NCBI GenBank assembly: GCA_964486685.1
Contig: CAZAOE010000001.1
Coordinates: forward strand, 12,538 to 76,537
Direction: 5' to 3'
DNA length: 64,000 bases
Source: an uncultured Gammaproteobacteria bacterium
GTDB lineage: Bacteria; Patescibacteriota; Patescibacteriia; UBA1558; S5-K13
Below the pieces are notes generated by a model. The model did not search any database. It had not been told where the DNA came from and saw only the letters and a list, made by a program, of their open reading frames with translations. A program made the translations under genes and the position numbers. Every line of letters starts with the position of its first letter. Position 1 is the stretch's first letter. This document shows, one piece after another, positions 48,204 to 57,624 of this stretch.

Positions 48204-48527
48204 ATGGAAAATAAAATCAAAAATAATTTAAAACCAGTTCTTAAGAAAGATAATTTTTCAGAATTTAAGAAACTTTTAGAAGAAAATTTAGTTTTAAATA
48301 GGGCTATTTATGAAAGTTCTAAAAAGACCGAAAAATATATCCATTTTGTAAAGATACTTAATATTATTAAATTTATTTTAATATTTTTACCCATTATTTT
48401 AGGAATACTATATTTAATACCCTTTTTAGGTGAATTTATAGATATGTATAAAGGATTTTTTAATGATGTTTCTGGTCAAGCGGGAATTTTAGAAAATATT
48501 AAAGAAGTACAAAATTTAACTAATTAA
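48204..48527 (+). CDS. Hypothetical membrane protein
   Basis: LLEENL.L...IY....K...Y followed by a TM segment. Confidence 0.75.
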   Translation: MENKIKNNLKPVLKKDNFSEFKKLLEENLVLNRAIYESSKKTEKYIHFVKILNIIKFILIFLPIILGILYLIPFLGEFIDMYKGFFNDVSGQAGILENIKEVQNLTN

Positions 48528-48584
48528 AATTTTTGAAGATGTTTTTTTCTACCTTTTTCTAGAAAAAGGTAGAACTAAAAAGTC

Positions 48585-48734
48585 GCGAACTGTACAAAAA
48601 TTTAGATAATTTAATCATTCGTCATCCTAAAACTTTGAAACTCGTCGTTTCATTATCATTCCACTCCTCAAACAAGTCAAAGTTTTTTAACGGATGCCTC
48701 ATTCAAATTATAGTTAAATTTTTGTAATGTTCGC
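48585..48734. repeat. 150-bp long imperfect hairpin element
   Basis: Nested pairings gcgaac/gttcgc, tacaaaaattta/taaatttttgta, ataattt/aaattat and aaaactttga/tcaaagtttt. Confidence 0.7.
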
Positions 48735-48942
48735 AGAAACTATAATTAAATATAATAGCAATAATTAGTCGGTATAATAGAAACAACCAGCCTTTGGCTG
48801 GTTGTAATTCATAATAACTTTTTATATGAGTTCATTGGGATTGGAGTAGTGGATATGAAGTTTTAAAATTTATAGTCATAAACAGTAAAAGTATAGGTAC
48901 CTATAGTATTGGCTTGAATAAAATATTCACCACTGCTGACTG

Positions 48943-49650
48943 TTATAGACCAACCGCATTAGCTCCATACTCTGCTTGTGCTTGTGTAAATTTCTCATAC
49001 AGTAACTGTTCAATCAACCCGCCACGCGAAAATGCTGAATATTCCATATATGATTGGGCTTTCTTAACTGCTTGTTCATTCCAGTTAGCACCACAATTAT
49101 CTGCACCATAAACGGCATCAGCGTGTGAAAATTGTTCGTACTCTAATTGATCAACTAGTCCACCATAGGAAAATGCTGAGTATCCTAAATAAGTTTTTGC
49201 TTTAGCAACTGCATTTTTTTGACTAACCGTTTCACTTGATGTCGGTTCTGGTTCCGGTGTTGGGGTCGGAGCTGGAGTTAATTCTGGCTCCGGCTCTGGT
49301 ATTGGAGTTGGTTCTGGTTCAGGTTGAACTTCTGTAATTACTGGTTCATTCGGCTGTTCTTCGACTAACTGCTCATTATTTTGATTATCTTCTATTGTTT
49401 TCTCGCTGTTATTTATAATTGGTTCTTGTTGGTTTTCTATATTACCTATATCTTGATTTGATAATTGTGGAGTATCTGCGACACCACCGCATATTATAAG
49501 AAACAATACTGTAAAACTACCAAAAGTTAATAGAATCTTTTTTCTATTCGGTTCTTTCTTAAAAAACTTTGATAATGATTTTGGTTTTACTAAACCAACT
49601 ATCAATAACAGAAAACATGCTAAGGATAGTAAAAAAAATAAAACATCCAT
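48943..49650 (-). CDS. Ltp-family surface protein (superinfection-exclusion-like) with Pro/Glu linker
   Basis: Two TMs, PEPEPTP linker, and two repeats of Q.NAV.KA..YL....FS..GL.DQL.YE.F..A.A.YGA. Confidence 0.85.
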   Translation of the reverse strand: MDVLFFLLSLACFLLLIVGLVKPKSLSKFFKKEPNRKKILLTFGSFTVLFLIICGGVADTPQLSNQDIGNIENQQEPIINNSEKTIEDNQNNEQLVEEQPNEPVITEVQPEPEPTPIPEPEPELTPAPTPTPEPEPTSSETVSQKNAVAKAKTYLGYSAFSYGGLVDQLEYEQFSHADAVYGADNCGANWNEQAVKKAQSYMEYSAFSRGGLIEQLLYEKFTQAQAEYGANAVGL

Positions 49651-49680
49651 TTTTTTATTAATTAATTATTATATCTAAGC

Positions 49681-50433
49681 TTATATTATTTGATTATTAT
49701 CTTCAATAAATATCTTTTTTTCGGTCGTTTTTTTCTTTATGATGTTCAATGGCATTTTTGGTTTTATAGAATCAATTTTAGTTGTAATGATTTTATTTAT
49801 TGAATCCAGAATATCATCATCGCCAAATAATAATCCCGTATTCTTTTTCAATATCCTCTTAAGAAACCTTACTATCTCTATTGAATAGAAGTTTTTGCTT
49901 AGATCAGTTGGCTCCAGAGCACTAAACCTTTTCCAAAATTTATCAAGTTCATTTTTGATAACCGCTTTTTTTGTAAGATAAACCAGAAATTCAACAGACT
50001 TCTTTAACTCTTTTAAATCCATTAAATTAAAATTAAAGATCCTTTTATTGTCTATTGGTTTAGCAAAAATAACCTTATGTAATTGAATTTGTCTTCCATT
50101 TGTGAGTAAAACCCAATCTATACCTTCGTTAGCTGCATAATTAAGAGCCTGCCTTAAATGATTTTCCGTTAAATCTATTTGTATTGCTTTTACTTCTACA
50201 ACAAAATGTTTCTTTTTTGCTAGTTGAATAACATAATCTGCATACTCTCCCTTTATTCTATATTCAGTTCTTATTTCTTCTAACTCTACATACCCCAAAA
50301 CATCAATCAGAAAATTATTTACCATTAAACGTGTTGCAGATTCATCTAATTCTGCATACTGTTCCCTTAAATATCTTTTTTTGTAATCGTTTAATTTTTT
50401 ATATAATTTACTTTTTTCTTTTTCTAAATACAT
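49681..50433 (-). CDS. Stand-alone type I restriction HsdR N-terminal (PD-(D/E)XK) domain protein
   Basis: DES.TR..LGY, YADY.I..VVEVKA, QA.NYA..EG and WVLLTNG. Confidence 0.85.
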   Translation of the reverse strand: MYLEKEKSKLYKKLNDYKKRYLREQYAELDESATRLMVNNFLIDVLGYVELEEIRTEYRIKGEYADYVIQLAKKKHFVVEVKAIQIDLTENHLRQALNYAANEGIDWVLLTNGRQIQLHKVIFAKPIDNKRIFNFNLMDLKELKKSVEFLVYLTKKAVIKNELDKFWKRFSALEPTDLSKNFYSIEIVRFLKRILKKNTGLLFGDDDILDSINKIITTKIDSIKPKMPLNIIKKKTTEKKIFIEDNNQII

Positions 50434-50479
50434 AATTTTTTGATTATTAATTAAATAAAAAACTATTAGTTATTGGGAA

Positions 50480-50640
50480 ATTAAAAAAGGTTTCCCAAAC
50501 CAGCTGACAAGTCCTTGCGAAAATGCCACTACACCCTTTCGAGCATAGACCTATCCTACAAGTACTGGTTGGAAAACCATTTTTATGTAGGATAGGATTT
50601 TTAACCATACCTTATGAAAACATAGGGGTTAGGTCAATCT
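50480..50640 (-). ncRNA. Candidate structured leader or ncRNA upstream of the HsdR_N-Ltp operon
   Basis: Interleaved complementarities 50489-503/50565-578 and 50550-560/50586-596, plus a hairpin at 50602-50631. Confidence 0.5.
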
Positions 50641-50965
50641 AATCGTTATTTTAATATTAACTCAAAAAATTTTAAAAGTAAAATAAATATATGCCCCTTT
50701 TTCCTAACTAGGAGGAGAAGGGGGTTGGTTTACTAAAAGCGAAATTTATGCGAAAATATATATATAATAAGTTTTTAATTTTCAATTTTTTAATTATCAA
50801 TCCTAAAGACGTTAGGCACCTTTCAGATATTAAACGTTTTTCCAAATTTTATTATTTACTTAGGTTGTATAATTTAAAAAAAGATTAGAGTTATAATTAA
50901 GGACTGGGGGACAGAGAGGTTAATTGGTAATTTGAAATTGTAAATTTTTATTTTTAAATTTAGAT

Positions 50966-51349
50966 ATGAAAGTTAAAGATTTTTGGATGAATGTATTTAA
51001 AATTATCTTTATAGATATAATTTGGGAAGTTTTTTATTTACCTTTTTGGTGGTATTCCCTTGGATTCTATAGGGTTATTGTTTTTTTTATTAAAACAATA
51101 AAAAGGGAATGGTATAATTTGGGAATGGGCATACATTTTAAATTTTTATTTAAACCCATGTATGCTCAGAGAGATTTTGCCGGAAGATTAATCAGCTTTT
51201 TTGCTCGAATAATACAATTAATTTTTAAATTGATTGTATTTTTAATAATATTTTTTATATTTTTAATTTTTTTAATATTGTGGATTCTTTTGCCGGCCAT
51301 TATTGTTTGGCAAATATATATAAATTTCAATTTTATCATAAATGTTTAA
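50966..51349 (+). CDS. Hypothetical membrane protein coupled to the Clp ATPase gene
   Basis: YLPFWWYS.G..LFKPMY.Q.D..GR.ISFF.R, overlapping the next start. Confidence 0.8.
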   Translation: MKVKDFWMNVFKIIFIDIIWEVFYLPFWWYSLGFYRVIVFFIKTIKREWYNLGMGIHFKFLFKPMYAQRDFAGRLISFFARIIQLIFKLIVFLIIFFIFLIFLILWILLPAIIVWQIYINFNFIINV

Positions 51350-54032
51350 CGAACAAAGAGTAAAAATTATTAGGTGTGATGAATGCGATGGTCAAAATAA
51401 TTGTCCATATTGTTTGAGTCATCAAAATTATATTCTTTTAGGAAAATATCTCATTTATTGGAATAAGTATTATAATGATTTAAGCATTTCCATAGATAAA
51501 ACTAATAAATTTATTAAAATATTTGTTAATACAATTTTATTTTTAATTGCTATTATTGGTTTTGCGGCTCTAGGGTATCATATTTATTTGTTAATAATTA
51601 ATTCGGCAGATTTATTATTTTTAGGTAATTGGCAGGGAAAATATTTGTTTGTTTTTTGGTTGAGTTTAATTTTTGATATGTTTTTATTTTATAGAATCCA
51701 AAGAAATTTTGGCTATTTAGAAAAAGTAGTAGGTCCTCATAATTTAATCTCAGCTGAACATATTATTGTTTCTAAAAAGTTTAAAGAAAAAAATATATAT
51801 GACGCCCTATCTAAAACTTCTCGAAAAATTATCATTGATTCTTGGTTTATTGCTAAAAAGAATAGGCATATTTTAATTAGTCCTTTAGATTTGCTTTTAT
51901 CTGTTTTAAATAACTCAGAAATAATTTTAATTCTAAATCGCTTGGGCATAGATAAAAGAATTTTTAAAGAAAAAATAAAAAGATTAATGGAAACCACCCA
52001 ATTAAGTTATGACAACTTAGATAATTTAGAAATAATTATGTTTAATAGCTATTGGTTTGCTAATCAATCTAGGTCAGAATATATCAGAGTTAGTGATATT
52101 TTAAAAGCCTTAATTTGTGTTAATGAATATGTAATAGATTTATTTTTAGATTCTGGTGTTGGTTATGAACAAGTAATGAATGTTTTGATGTGGATTAAAC
52201 TAGGGGATGAATTAAGAGATAGATATAAAAGATACAAGTCCCGTTCTTTGTTTAGGCCTAAAGGAAGTATGAATAGAGCCATGACAGCTATTGCCACTCC
52301 CTTTCTAGATCATTTTAGTAGAGATTTAACTTCTTTAGCTCAGCGTGGATATTTAGAATTAAGCGTGGCCAGAGAGGAAAAAATTGAAGAAATATATAGA
52401 ATTGTACAAACTAGTAGTAGCTTTGTTTTGGTTGGTTTACCGGGTATAGGTAAGGACAATATAGTTGATGGTTTGGCCAATAGAATGGCGGCCGAAGAGG
52501 TTCCAGATAATTTAAGAGATAAACGTTTAGTTTCCTTATCACTCTCTAGATTAGTTTCCGAATCTTCGGCCTCAGGCAAAATTGAAAAAAATTTAATTAG
52601 AATTGTTAATGAAATTGTTCGGGCCGGCAACATTATATTAGTTATAGAAGATATTCACAATATAGTTGGCGTGACATCTATTGGCACAGAAAATATTGAT
52701 TTATCAGAGGTTTTATCAGATTTAATTACTAAATATAATATCACAGTAATCGGCACTACTAATCCTAGAGATTATACTAAATATTTAGAAAATAATCCTT
52801 TGGCCAGTAATTTATTAAAAATAGAGATACTTGAGCCAGATTTTAATCAGACCGTTCAAATATTAGAGGCCAAAACTTTTGCAGTGGAATATAAATATAA
52901 AGTTTATTTTTCATATCAGGCCCTGGAAAAAATTGTGAAATTAACTAGTAATTATATCCATGACCAATACCAGCCTATTAAGTCCATTAAAATTTTAGAG
53001 GAAGTAGCAGTAATGGTTAAGGAAAAGAAGGGGGCAAATCATTTAGTTACCAAAGAAGATATAGCTAAACTTATTTCGGATAAGATTCATATGCCCTTGA
53101 CCGAAATTAAGGCCTCAGAATCAGAAAAATTAATGCATTTAGAAGAGCTTATTCACCAGAGAATCATTGGACAGGATGAGGCAGTAATTATGGTTGCTTC
53201 AGCATTAAGAAGAGCCAGAACCGAATTAAGAGATCAAGACAAACCTATAACTAATTTATTGTTTTTGGGACCCACTGGTGTAGGTAAGACAGAATTAGCT
53301 AAAACCGTAGCAGAAATATTTTTTAATAGTGAAGATAATATGATTAGATTAGATATGTCTGAATATCAAGAAAAATCTAGTTTATCTCGATTAATAGGAG
53401 CAGAAGGAAGCAATGAGGGAGGAGTTTTAACAGAGGCAATTAGAAAAAGACCATTTTCTTTATTGCTTTTAGATGAAATAGAAAAGGCCCACCCAGATAT
53501 ATTAAATGTATTTTTACAAGTTATGGATGATGGAAGATTAACGGATTCCAGCGGTAGGACGGTTGATTTTTCTAATTGTATAATTATAGCCACTTCTAAT
53601 GCTGCTGCTTTTTATTTGCAAGACAAAATAAGAGAGGGAGTTGCTTTAGAAAAAATTAAAGAAGATTTATTGCAAACAGAATTAAGACCTTATTTTAAAC
53701 CAGAATTTTTAAATCGTTTTAATGGTATTGTTTTATTTAGGCCATTAATGCCTAAAGAAATAGAAAAGATTACTTCTTTAATGCTTAGAAAAGTAGCGAA
53801 AAGATTAGAAGATAAAGGTATTGATTTTAGGGCTTCAGATTTAGCTATTAAAGAGTTGGCCAGCATTGGTTTTTCCAAAGATTTTGGAGCCCGACCATTA
53901 TCCAGAACCATTCAACAAAGAGTTGATGATGCCTTGGCAGATTTTTTATTAACTGGTAAGATTGGTCGCAGAGATAAGGTTATTTTAGAAAAAGGAGGCG
54001 AAATACGCATAGAAAAGGCTCGGAAGCTTTGA
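51342..54032 (+). CDS. ClpA/ClpB-family AAA+ ATPase with N-terminal Cys motif and TM helices
   Basis: GLPGIGKD, IIGQDEAV, LGPTGVGKTELAK, RLDMSEY, LLDEIEKAH and GARPL. Confidence 0.93.
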   Translation: MFNEQRVKIIRCDECDGQNNCPYCLSHQNYILLGKYLIYWNKYYNDLSISIDKTNKFIKIFVNTILFLIAIIGFAALGYHIYLLIINSADLLFLGNWQGKYLFVFWLSLIFDMFLFYRIQRNFGYLEKVVGPHNLISAEHIIVSKKFKEKNIYDALSKTSRKIIIDSWFIAKKNRHILISPLDLLLSVLNNSEIILILNRLGIDKRIFKEKIKRLMETTQLSYDNLDNLEIIMFNSYWFANQSRSEYIRVSDILKALICVNEYVIDLFLDSGVGYEQVMNVLMWIKLGDELRDRYKRYKSRSLFRPKGSMNRAMTAIATPFLDHFSRDLTSLAQRGYLELSVAREEKIEEIYRIVQTSSSFVLVGLPGIGKDNIVDGLANRMAAEEVPDNLRDKRLVSLSLSRLVSESSASGKIEKNLIRIVNEIVRAGNIILVIEDIHNIVGVTSIGTENIDLSEVLSDLITKYNITVIGTTNPRDYTKYLENNPLASNLLKIEILEPDFNQTVQILEAKTFAVEYKYKVYFSYQALEKIVKLTSNYIHDQYQPIKSIKILEEVAVMVKEKKGANHLVTKEDIAKLISDKIHMPLTEIKASESEKLMHLEELIHQRIIGQDEAVIMVASALRRARTELRDQDKPITNLLFLGPTGVGKTELAKTVAEIFFNSEDNMIRLDMSEYQEKSSLSRLIGAEGSNEGGVLTEAIRKRPFSLLLLDEIEKAHPDILNVFLQVMDDGRLTDSSGRTVDFSNCIIIATSNAAAFYLQDKIREGVALEKIKEDLLQTELRPYFKPEFLNRFNGIVLFRPLMPKEIEKITSLMLRKVAKRLEDKGIDFRASDLAIKELASIGFSKDFGARPLSRTIQQRVDDALADFLLTGKIGRRDKVILEKGGEIRIEKARKL

Positions 54033-54077
54033 TATTTTGGTAGAAATAAAATTATTAAGTTATTTTAATAATATGGG

Positions 54078-54230
54078 ATTATCAATTACCAATTATCAAT
54101 TTTCAATTCTCATTTAATTTTCAATAATTAAATTTACAATAGTTTTTATGAAATAAATAGCTTAGCAAAAATTGATTATTGTAATATTGGTTATTAAATG
54201 AAAATTTAAAATTTCAAATTGAAAATTAAA
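54078..54230. repeat. Heptamer tandem plus inverted tract, homologous to 791-960
   Basis: caattac caattat caatttt ... attggttattaaatg..aaatttcaaattgaaaattaaa. Confidence 0.7.
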
Positions 54231-54238
54231 TAATATAT

Positions 54239-55630
54239 ATGTCTAAAAAAGAAGATAATAAAATGGACAAAATTATATCTTTAGCGAAAAGAAGGGGTTT
54301 TGTTTTTCCATCTTCAGAAATCTACGGCGGTTTTGCAGCTGTTTACGATTATGGTCCCTATGGAGTAGAATTGGCTAATAATATTAAAGAGACCTGGTGG
54401 AAAGATATGGTCCAGAATAGAGAAGATATTATTGGTTTAGATTCAGCAATTTTTATGAGTCCTAAGGTTTGGGAAGCCAGTGGCCATGTTAGCGGATTTT
54501 CCGATCCCTTAGCAGAATGTAAAAAATGTCATGCTCGAATTAGAGTGGATGCTCTTTTAGAAGATATTGGTGTGTCAGCTGATGAAAAAATGAGCGAGGA
54601 AGAGATTAATAAATTATTTAAAGAAAATAAAAATAAATTTAAATGTCCAAAATGTGGTCAGAATGATTTCACAGAAGCTAGAAGTTTTAATTTATTAGTT
54701 AAATCTAATCTTGGCAATTTTACTGGCAGGTGGGACAAGAATCCAGTTTATTTAAGAGGAGAGACCTGTCAGGGAATTTATATTAATTTTAAAAATATTT
54801 TGGACTCTACTCGAATGAAAATTCCTTTTGGAATAGCTCAAATCGGCAAGGCCTTTAGAAATGAAATCACTGCTCGACAATTTATTTTTAGAACCCGAGA
54901 GTTTGAACAAATGGAAATGCAATATTTTATTAAGCCAGAAGATGAAATGTCGGAGTATAAAAAATTAAAAGAATATCGCTGGGATTTTTATTTAAATTTA
55001 GGAATAGACAAGAAGAATTTAAAATGGCACAAGCATGAAAATTTAGCTTTTTATGCTCAAGAGGCCTATGATATTGAATATAATTTTCCGTTCGGATTTA
55101 AGGAATTAGAGGGAGTTCATGCTCGCGGTAATTATGATTTAACACAGCATTCCAAATACTCACAAGAAAAATTAGAATATTTAGACCCAGATACTAATGA
55201 AAAATATATTCCACATATAATAGAGGCCTCTGGTGGTGTGGGCCGTACCTTTTTAGCTTTACTATCTGAAGCCTATACAGAAGAAAAGGTTAAAGATGGA
55301 CAAAGAGTAGTATTAAAATTAAAACCAAGTTTAGCCCCAATTAAAATAGCCATATTTCCATTATTAAGGAATAAACCTAAATTAGTTCAAAAAGCTAAAG
55401 AGATTTTTAATAATTTGAAAACCAAGTATATGTGTGAATTTGATGATAATGGCAATGTGGGTAAGAGATATAGAAGGCAAGATGAAATTGGTACGCCATA
55501 TTGTATTACCGTGGATTTTGATAGTTTAGAAAATAATGATGTTACGGTTAGAGATAGAGATAGCATGGAACAGGAGAGGATTAAAGTTGATAAATTAGAA
55601 GAATATTTTAGAAATAAATTTAATGGCTAA
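54239..55630 (+). CDS. glyQS: Glycyl-tRNA synthetase (alpha2 type)
   Basis: KRRGFVFPSSEIYGG, LRGETCQG, IGKAFRNEI, REFEQME and GKRYRRQDEIGTP. Confidence 0.97.
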   Translation: MSKKEDNKMDKIISLAKRRGFVFPSSEIYGGFAAVYDYGPYGVELANNIKETWWKDMVQNREDIIGLDSAIFMSPKVWEASGHVSGFSDPLAECKKCHARIRVDALLEDIGVSADEKMSEEEINKLFKENKNKFKCPKCGQNDFTEARSFNLLVKSNLGNFTGRWDKNPVYLRGETCQGIYINFKNILDSTRMKIPFGIAQIGKAFRNEITARQFIFRTREFEQMEMQYFIKPEDEMSEYKKLKEYRWDFYLNLGIDKKNLKWHKHENLAFYAQEAYDIEYNFPFGFKELEGVHARGNYDLTQHSKYSQEKLEYLDPDTNEKYIPHIIEASGGVGRTFLALLSEAYTEEKVKDGQRVVLKLKPSLAPIKIAIFPLLRNKPKLVQKAKEIFNNLKTKYMCEFDDNGNVGKRYRRQDEIGTPYCITVDFDSLENNDVTVRDRDSMEQERIKVDKLEEYFRNKFNG

Positions 55631-55640
55631 TATAAAAAAT

Positions 55641-55674
55641 AAAACTAAGTTTCTAGTACTAGAAACTTAGTTTT
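55641..55674. terminator. Perfect 34-bp palindrome, probable bidirectional terminator
   Basis: aaaactaagtttctagt|actagaaacttagtttt between convergent genes. Confidence 0.75.
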
Positions 55675-55691
55675 TTGGTATAAAAATTTAA

Positions 55692-56033
55692 TTATTCTTC
55701 GTACATTAATTCGTTATTTTTCCAAATTTGACAAAGATAAATATCTTCAATATCTTCTTCGCCAGTATAATCATTTGGAATTTGAACAGTTACTTCTACT
55801 TTATCCTCTCCCTCTAAAAATATAAAATATTGATTGTCTTTATCTTTAGTCACACGATTAAATTCAAAGTTTTCGTAATTAGGTAATTTGTGGTAGTCGG
55901 GATCGTCTTTTAAAGCATCCCAGTCAGGTATTTCATCAAGAGAATCCCATACATGTTCTAATAATCCTTTATATTTTTGATTAGTTTCCTTCCTTTCGGT
56001 ATTATTGTTTAGATCTCCCAATTTTTCTTTCAT
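55692..56033 (-). CDS. Hypothetical acidic protein
   Basis: 113-aa ORF with no recognised motif. Confidence 0.65.
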   Translation of the reverse strand: MKEKLGDLNNNTERKETNQKYKGLLEHVWDSLDEIPDWDALKDDPDYHKLPNYENFEFNRVTKDKDNQYFIFLEGEDKVEVTVQIPNDYTGEEDIEDIYLCQIWKNNELMYEE

Positions 56034-56166
56034 AATTTTTAAATTAATTGTTTAACTCCTTCTTAATTTAAGATTAGCAAAATCTAAAAAAAAAAACAAG
56101 TTTAAAGGGGGTGTTTTAAAAAGATATTATTTGATATACTGAGAATAGTTAAATTAATTGAGTATC

Positions 56167-56202
56167 CAAAGCTTAGCTTCGGGTACCCGAAGCTAAGCTT
56201 TG
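56167..56202. repeat. Perfect 36-bp palindrome upstream of radA
   Basis: caaagcttagcttcgggt|acccgaagctaagctttg. Confidence 0.85.
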
Positions 56203-56215
56203 TTTTATAAATATC

Positions 56216-57559
56216 ATGTCTAAGATAAAAACAATTTATGCTTGTTCTAAATGTGGTGCTCAGACCGCAAAATGGGAAGGGCGTTGTCCAGAATGTGGAG
56301 CTTGGGGTAGTTTAGAAAAAGAAAGCATTGCAGATTCAGACAAAAAAGACAAAGAAAGTCAACTTAAAGATTTAAAAGTTGATTTTATTGATTTAGATAA
56401 GCTTAAGAAAACCGATACCCAAAGATTAAAAACTGGCTTTGATTCTTTTAATGTTGCGATTAATGGTGGAATTGTCCGGGCTTCTTTAGTTTTAATTGGT
56501 GGTAATCCCGGAATTGGTAAATCAACTTTAATTTCACAAATAGTTTCTAATAATTTTAAAACTTTATATGTTTCTGGAGAAGAAACTGCTTCTTCAGTTA
56601 AATCTCGAATAGATAGATTAGGAGCTAAGGTTGGAGATTTAAAGTTTTTAGCAGAAAATAATTTAGAGAAAATATTAGCCGGAGCCATGAAAGCTAAACC
56701 TGATTTATTAATTATTGATTCTATTCAAACCATGTATACTTCCGAAATTGATTCAGATCCCGGAGGTGTTTCTCAAGTGCGGGCTTGTACAGTGAAATTA
56801 ATGGAGATTGCTCGGAAATTAGACATGGCAGTTTTAATAGCCAGTCACGTTAATAAAGCTGGAGATTTAGCTGGCCCAAAGGCCTTAGAGCATTTAGTTG
56901 ATTGTGTTATTTCTCTAGAGGGCGATAGGCTCAATAGATATAGAATGTTAAGGGTTATTAAAAATCGTTATGGAGCAACAGATAATTCCGAGGTTTTGGA
57001 AATGACCAGCAAGGGTTTTAAAAAAGTTTTAAATCCATCGAACATTTATCTTTCTAATACTAGTGTGGATAAAGGAACCGTTATTACTTCAATTGTTGAT
57101 GGAAATCAAGTTTTAATGTTAGAATTACAGGCCTTGGTTAATAAAACAAATTTTGGTTATCCAAAAAGAACTACTTCTGGTTTTGACCAAAAGCGCTTAG
57201 AATTATTATTAGCGGTTTTATCTAAACAAGCCAGTTTAAAATTAGGAGCTTATGATGTGTATATTAATTTAACTGGTGGTTTTAAAGTCAAAGACCGTTC
57301 TTTAGATTTAGCAGTTTGTTTAGCGATTATGTCGGCTTATCATGATAAAGTAGTTAAGGAGAGTACTATTGCTTTTGGAGAGGTTGGTTTAAGTGGCGAG
57401 GTTCGTTCTATACCAAAAACCAAAGAAAGAATTAAAGAAGCAATTGCCTTAGGATTTAAAAATATTATTATTCCTAAATTCGACAAGAAGGTTGATATTA
57501 AAGGAGTTAATTTAATTGAAGTTGAAAAAATTAAGGATTTGGAAAAATATTTGGGATAG
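56216..57559 (+). CDS. radA: DNA repair protein RadA/Sms
   Basis: C4 zinc finger, GNPGIGKSTL, IDSIQT, KNRYG and GEVGLSGEVR. Confidence 0.97.
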   Translation: MSKIKTIYACSKCGAQTAKWEGRCPECGAWGSLEKESIADSDKKDKESQLKDLKVDFIDLDKLKKTDTQRLKTGFDSFNVAINGGIVRASLVLIGGNPGIGKSTLISQIVSNNFKTLYVSGEETASSVKSRIDRLGAKVGDLKFLAENNLEKILAGAMKAKPDLLIIDSIQTMYTSEIDSDPGGVSQVRACTVKLMEIARKLDMAVLIASHVNKAGDLAGPKALEHLVDCVISLEGDRLNRYRMLRVIKNRYGATDNSEVLEMTSKGFKKVLNPSNIYLSNTSVDKGTVITSIVDGNQVLMLELQALVNKTNFGYPKRTTSGFDQKRLELLLAVLSKQASLKLGAYDVYINLTGGFKVKDRSLDLAVCLAIMSAYHDKVVKESTIAFGEVGLSGEVRSIPKTKERIKEAIALGFKNIIIPKFDKKVDIKGVNLIEVEKIKDLEKYLG

Positions 57560-57624
57560 GAATAACGAATTAAGAATTAAGAACTAAGAATTAAAAATTA
57601 AGGATAAAATTAAAATTACTAAAA

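Noticed and set aside
48943-50433. Prophage suggested by the Ltp-like and LexA/CI-like genes
   Set aside because: No integrase, terminase, capsid or tail genes in the window
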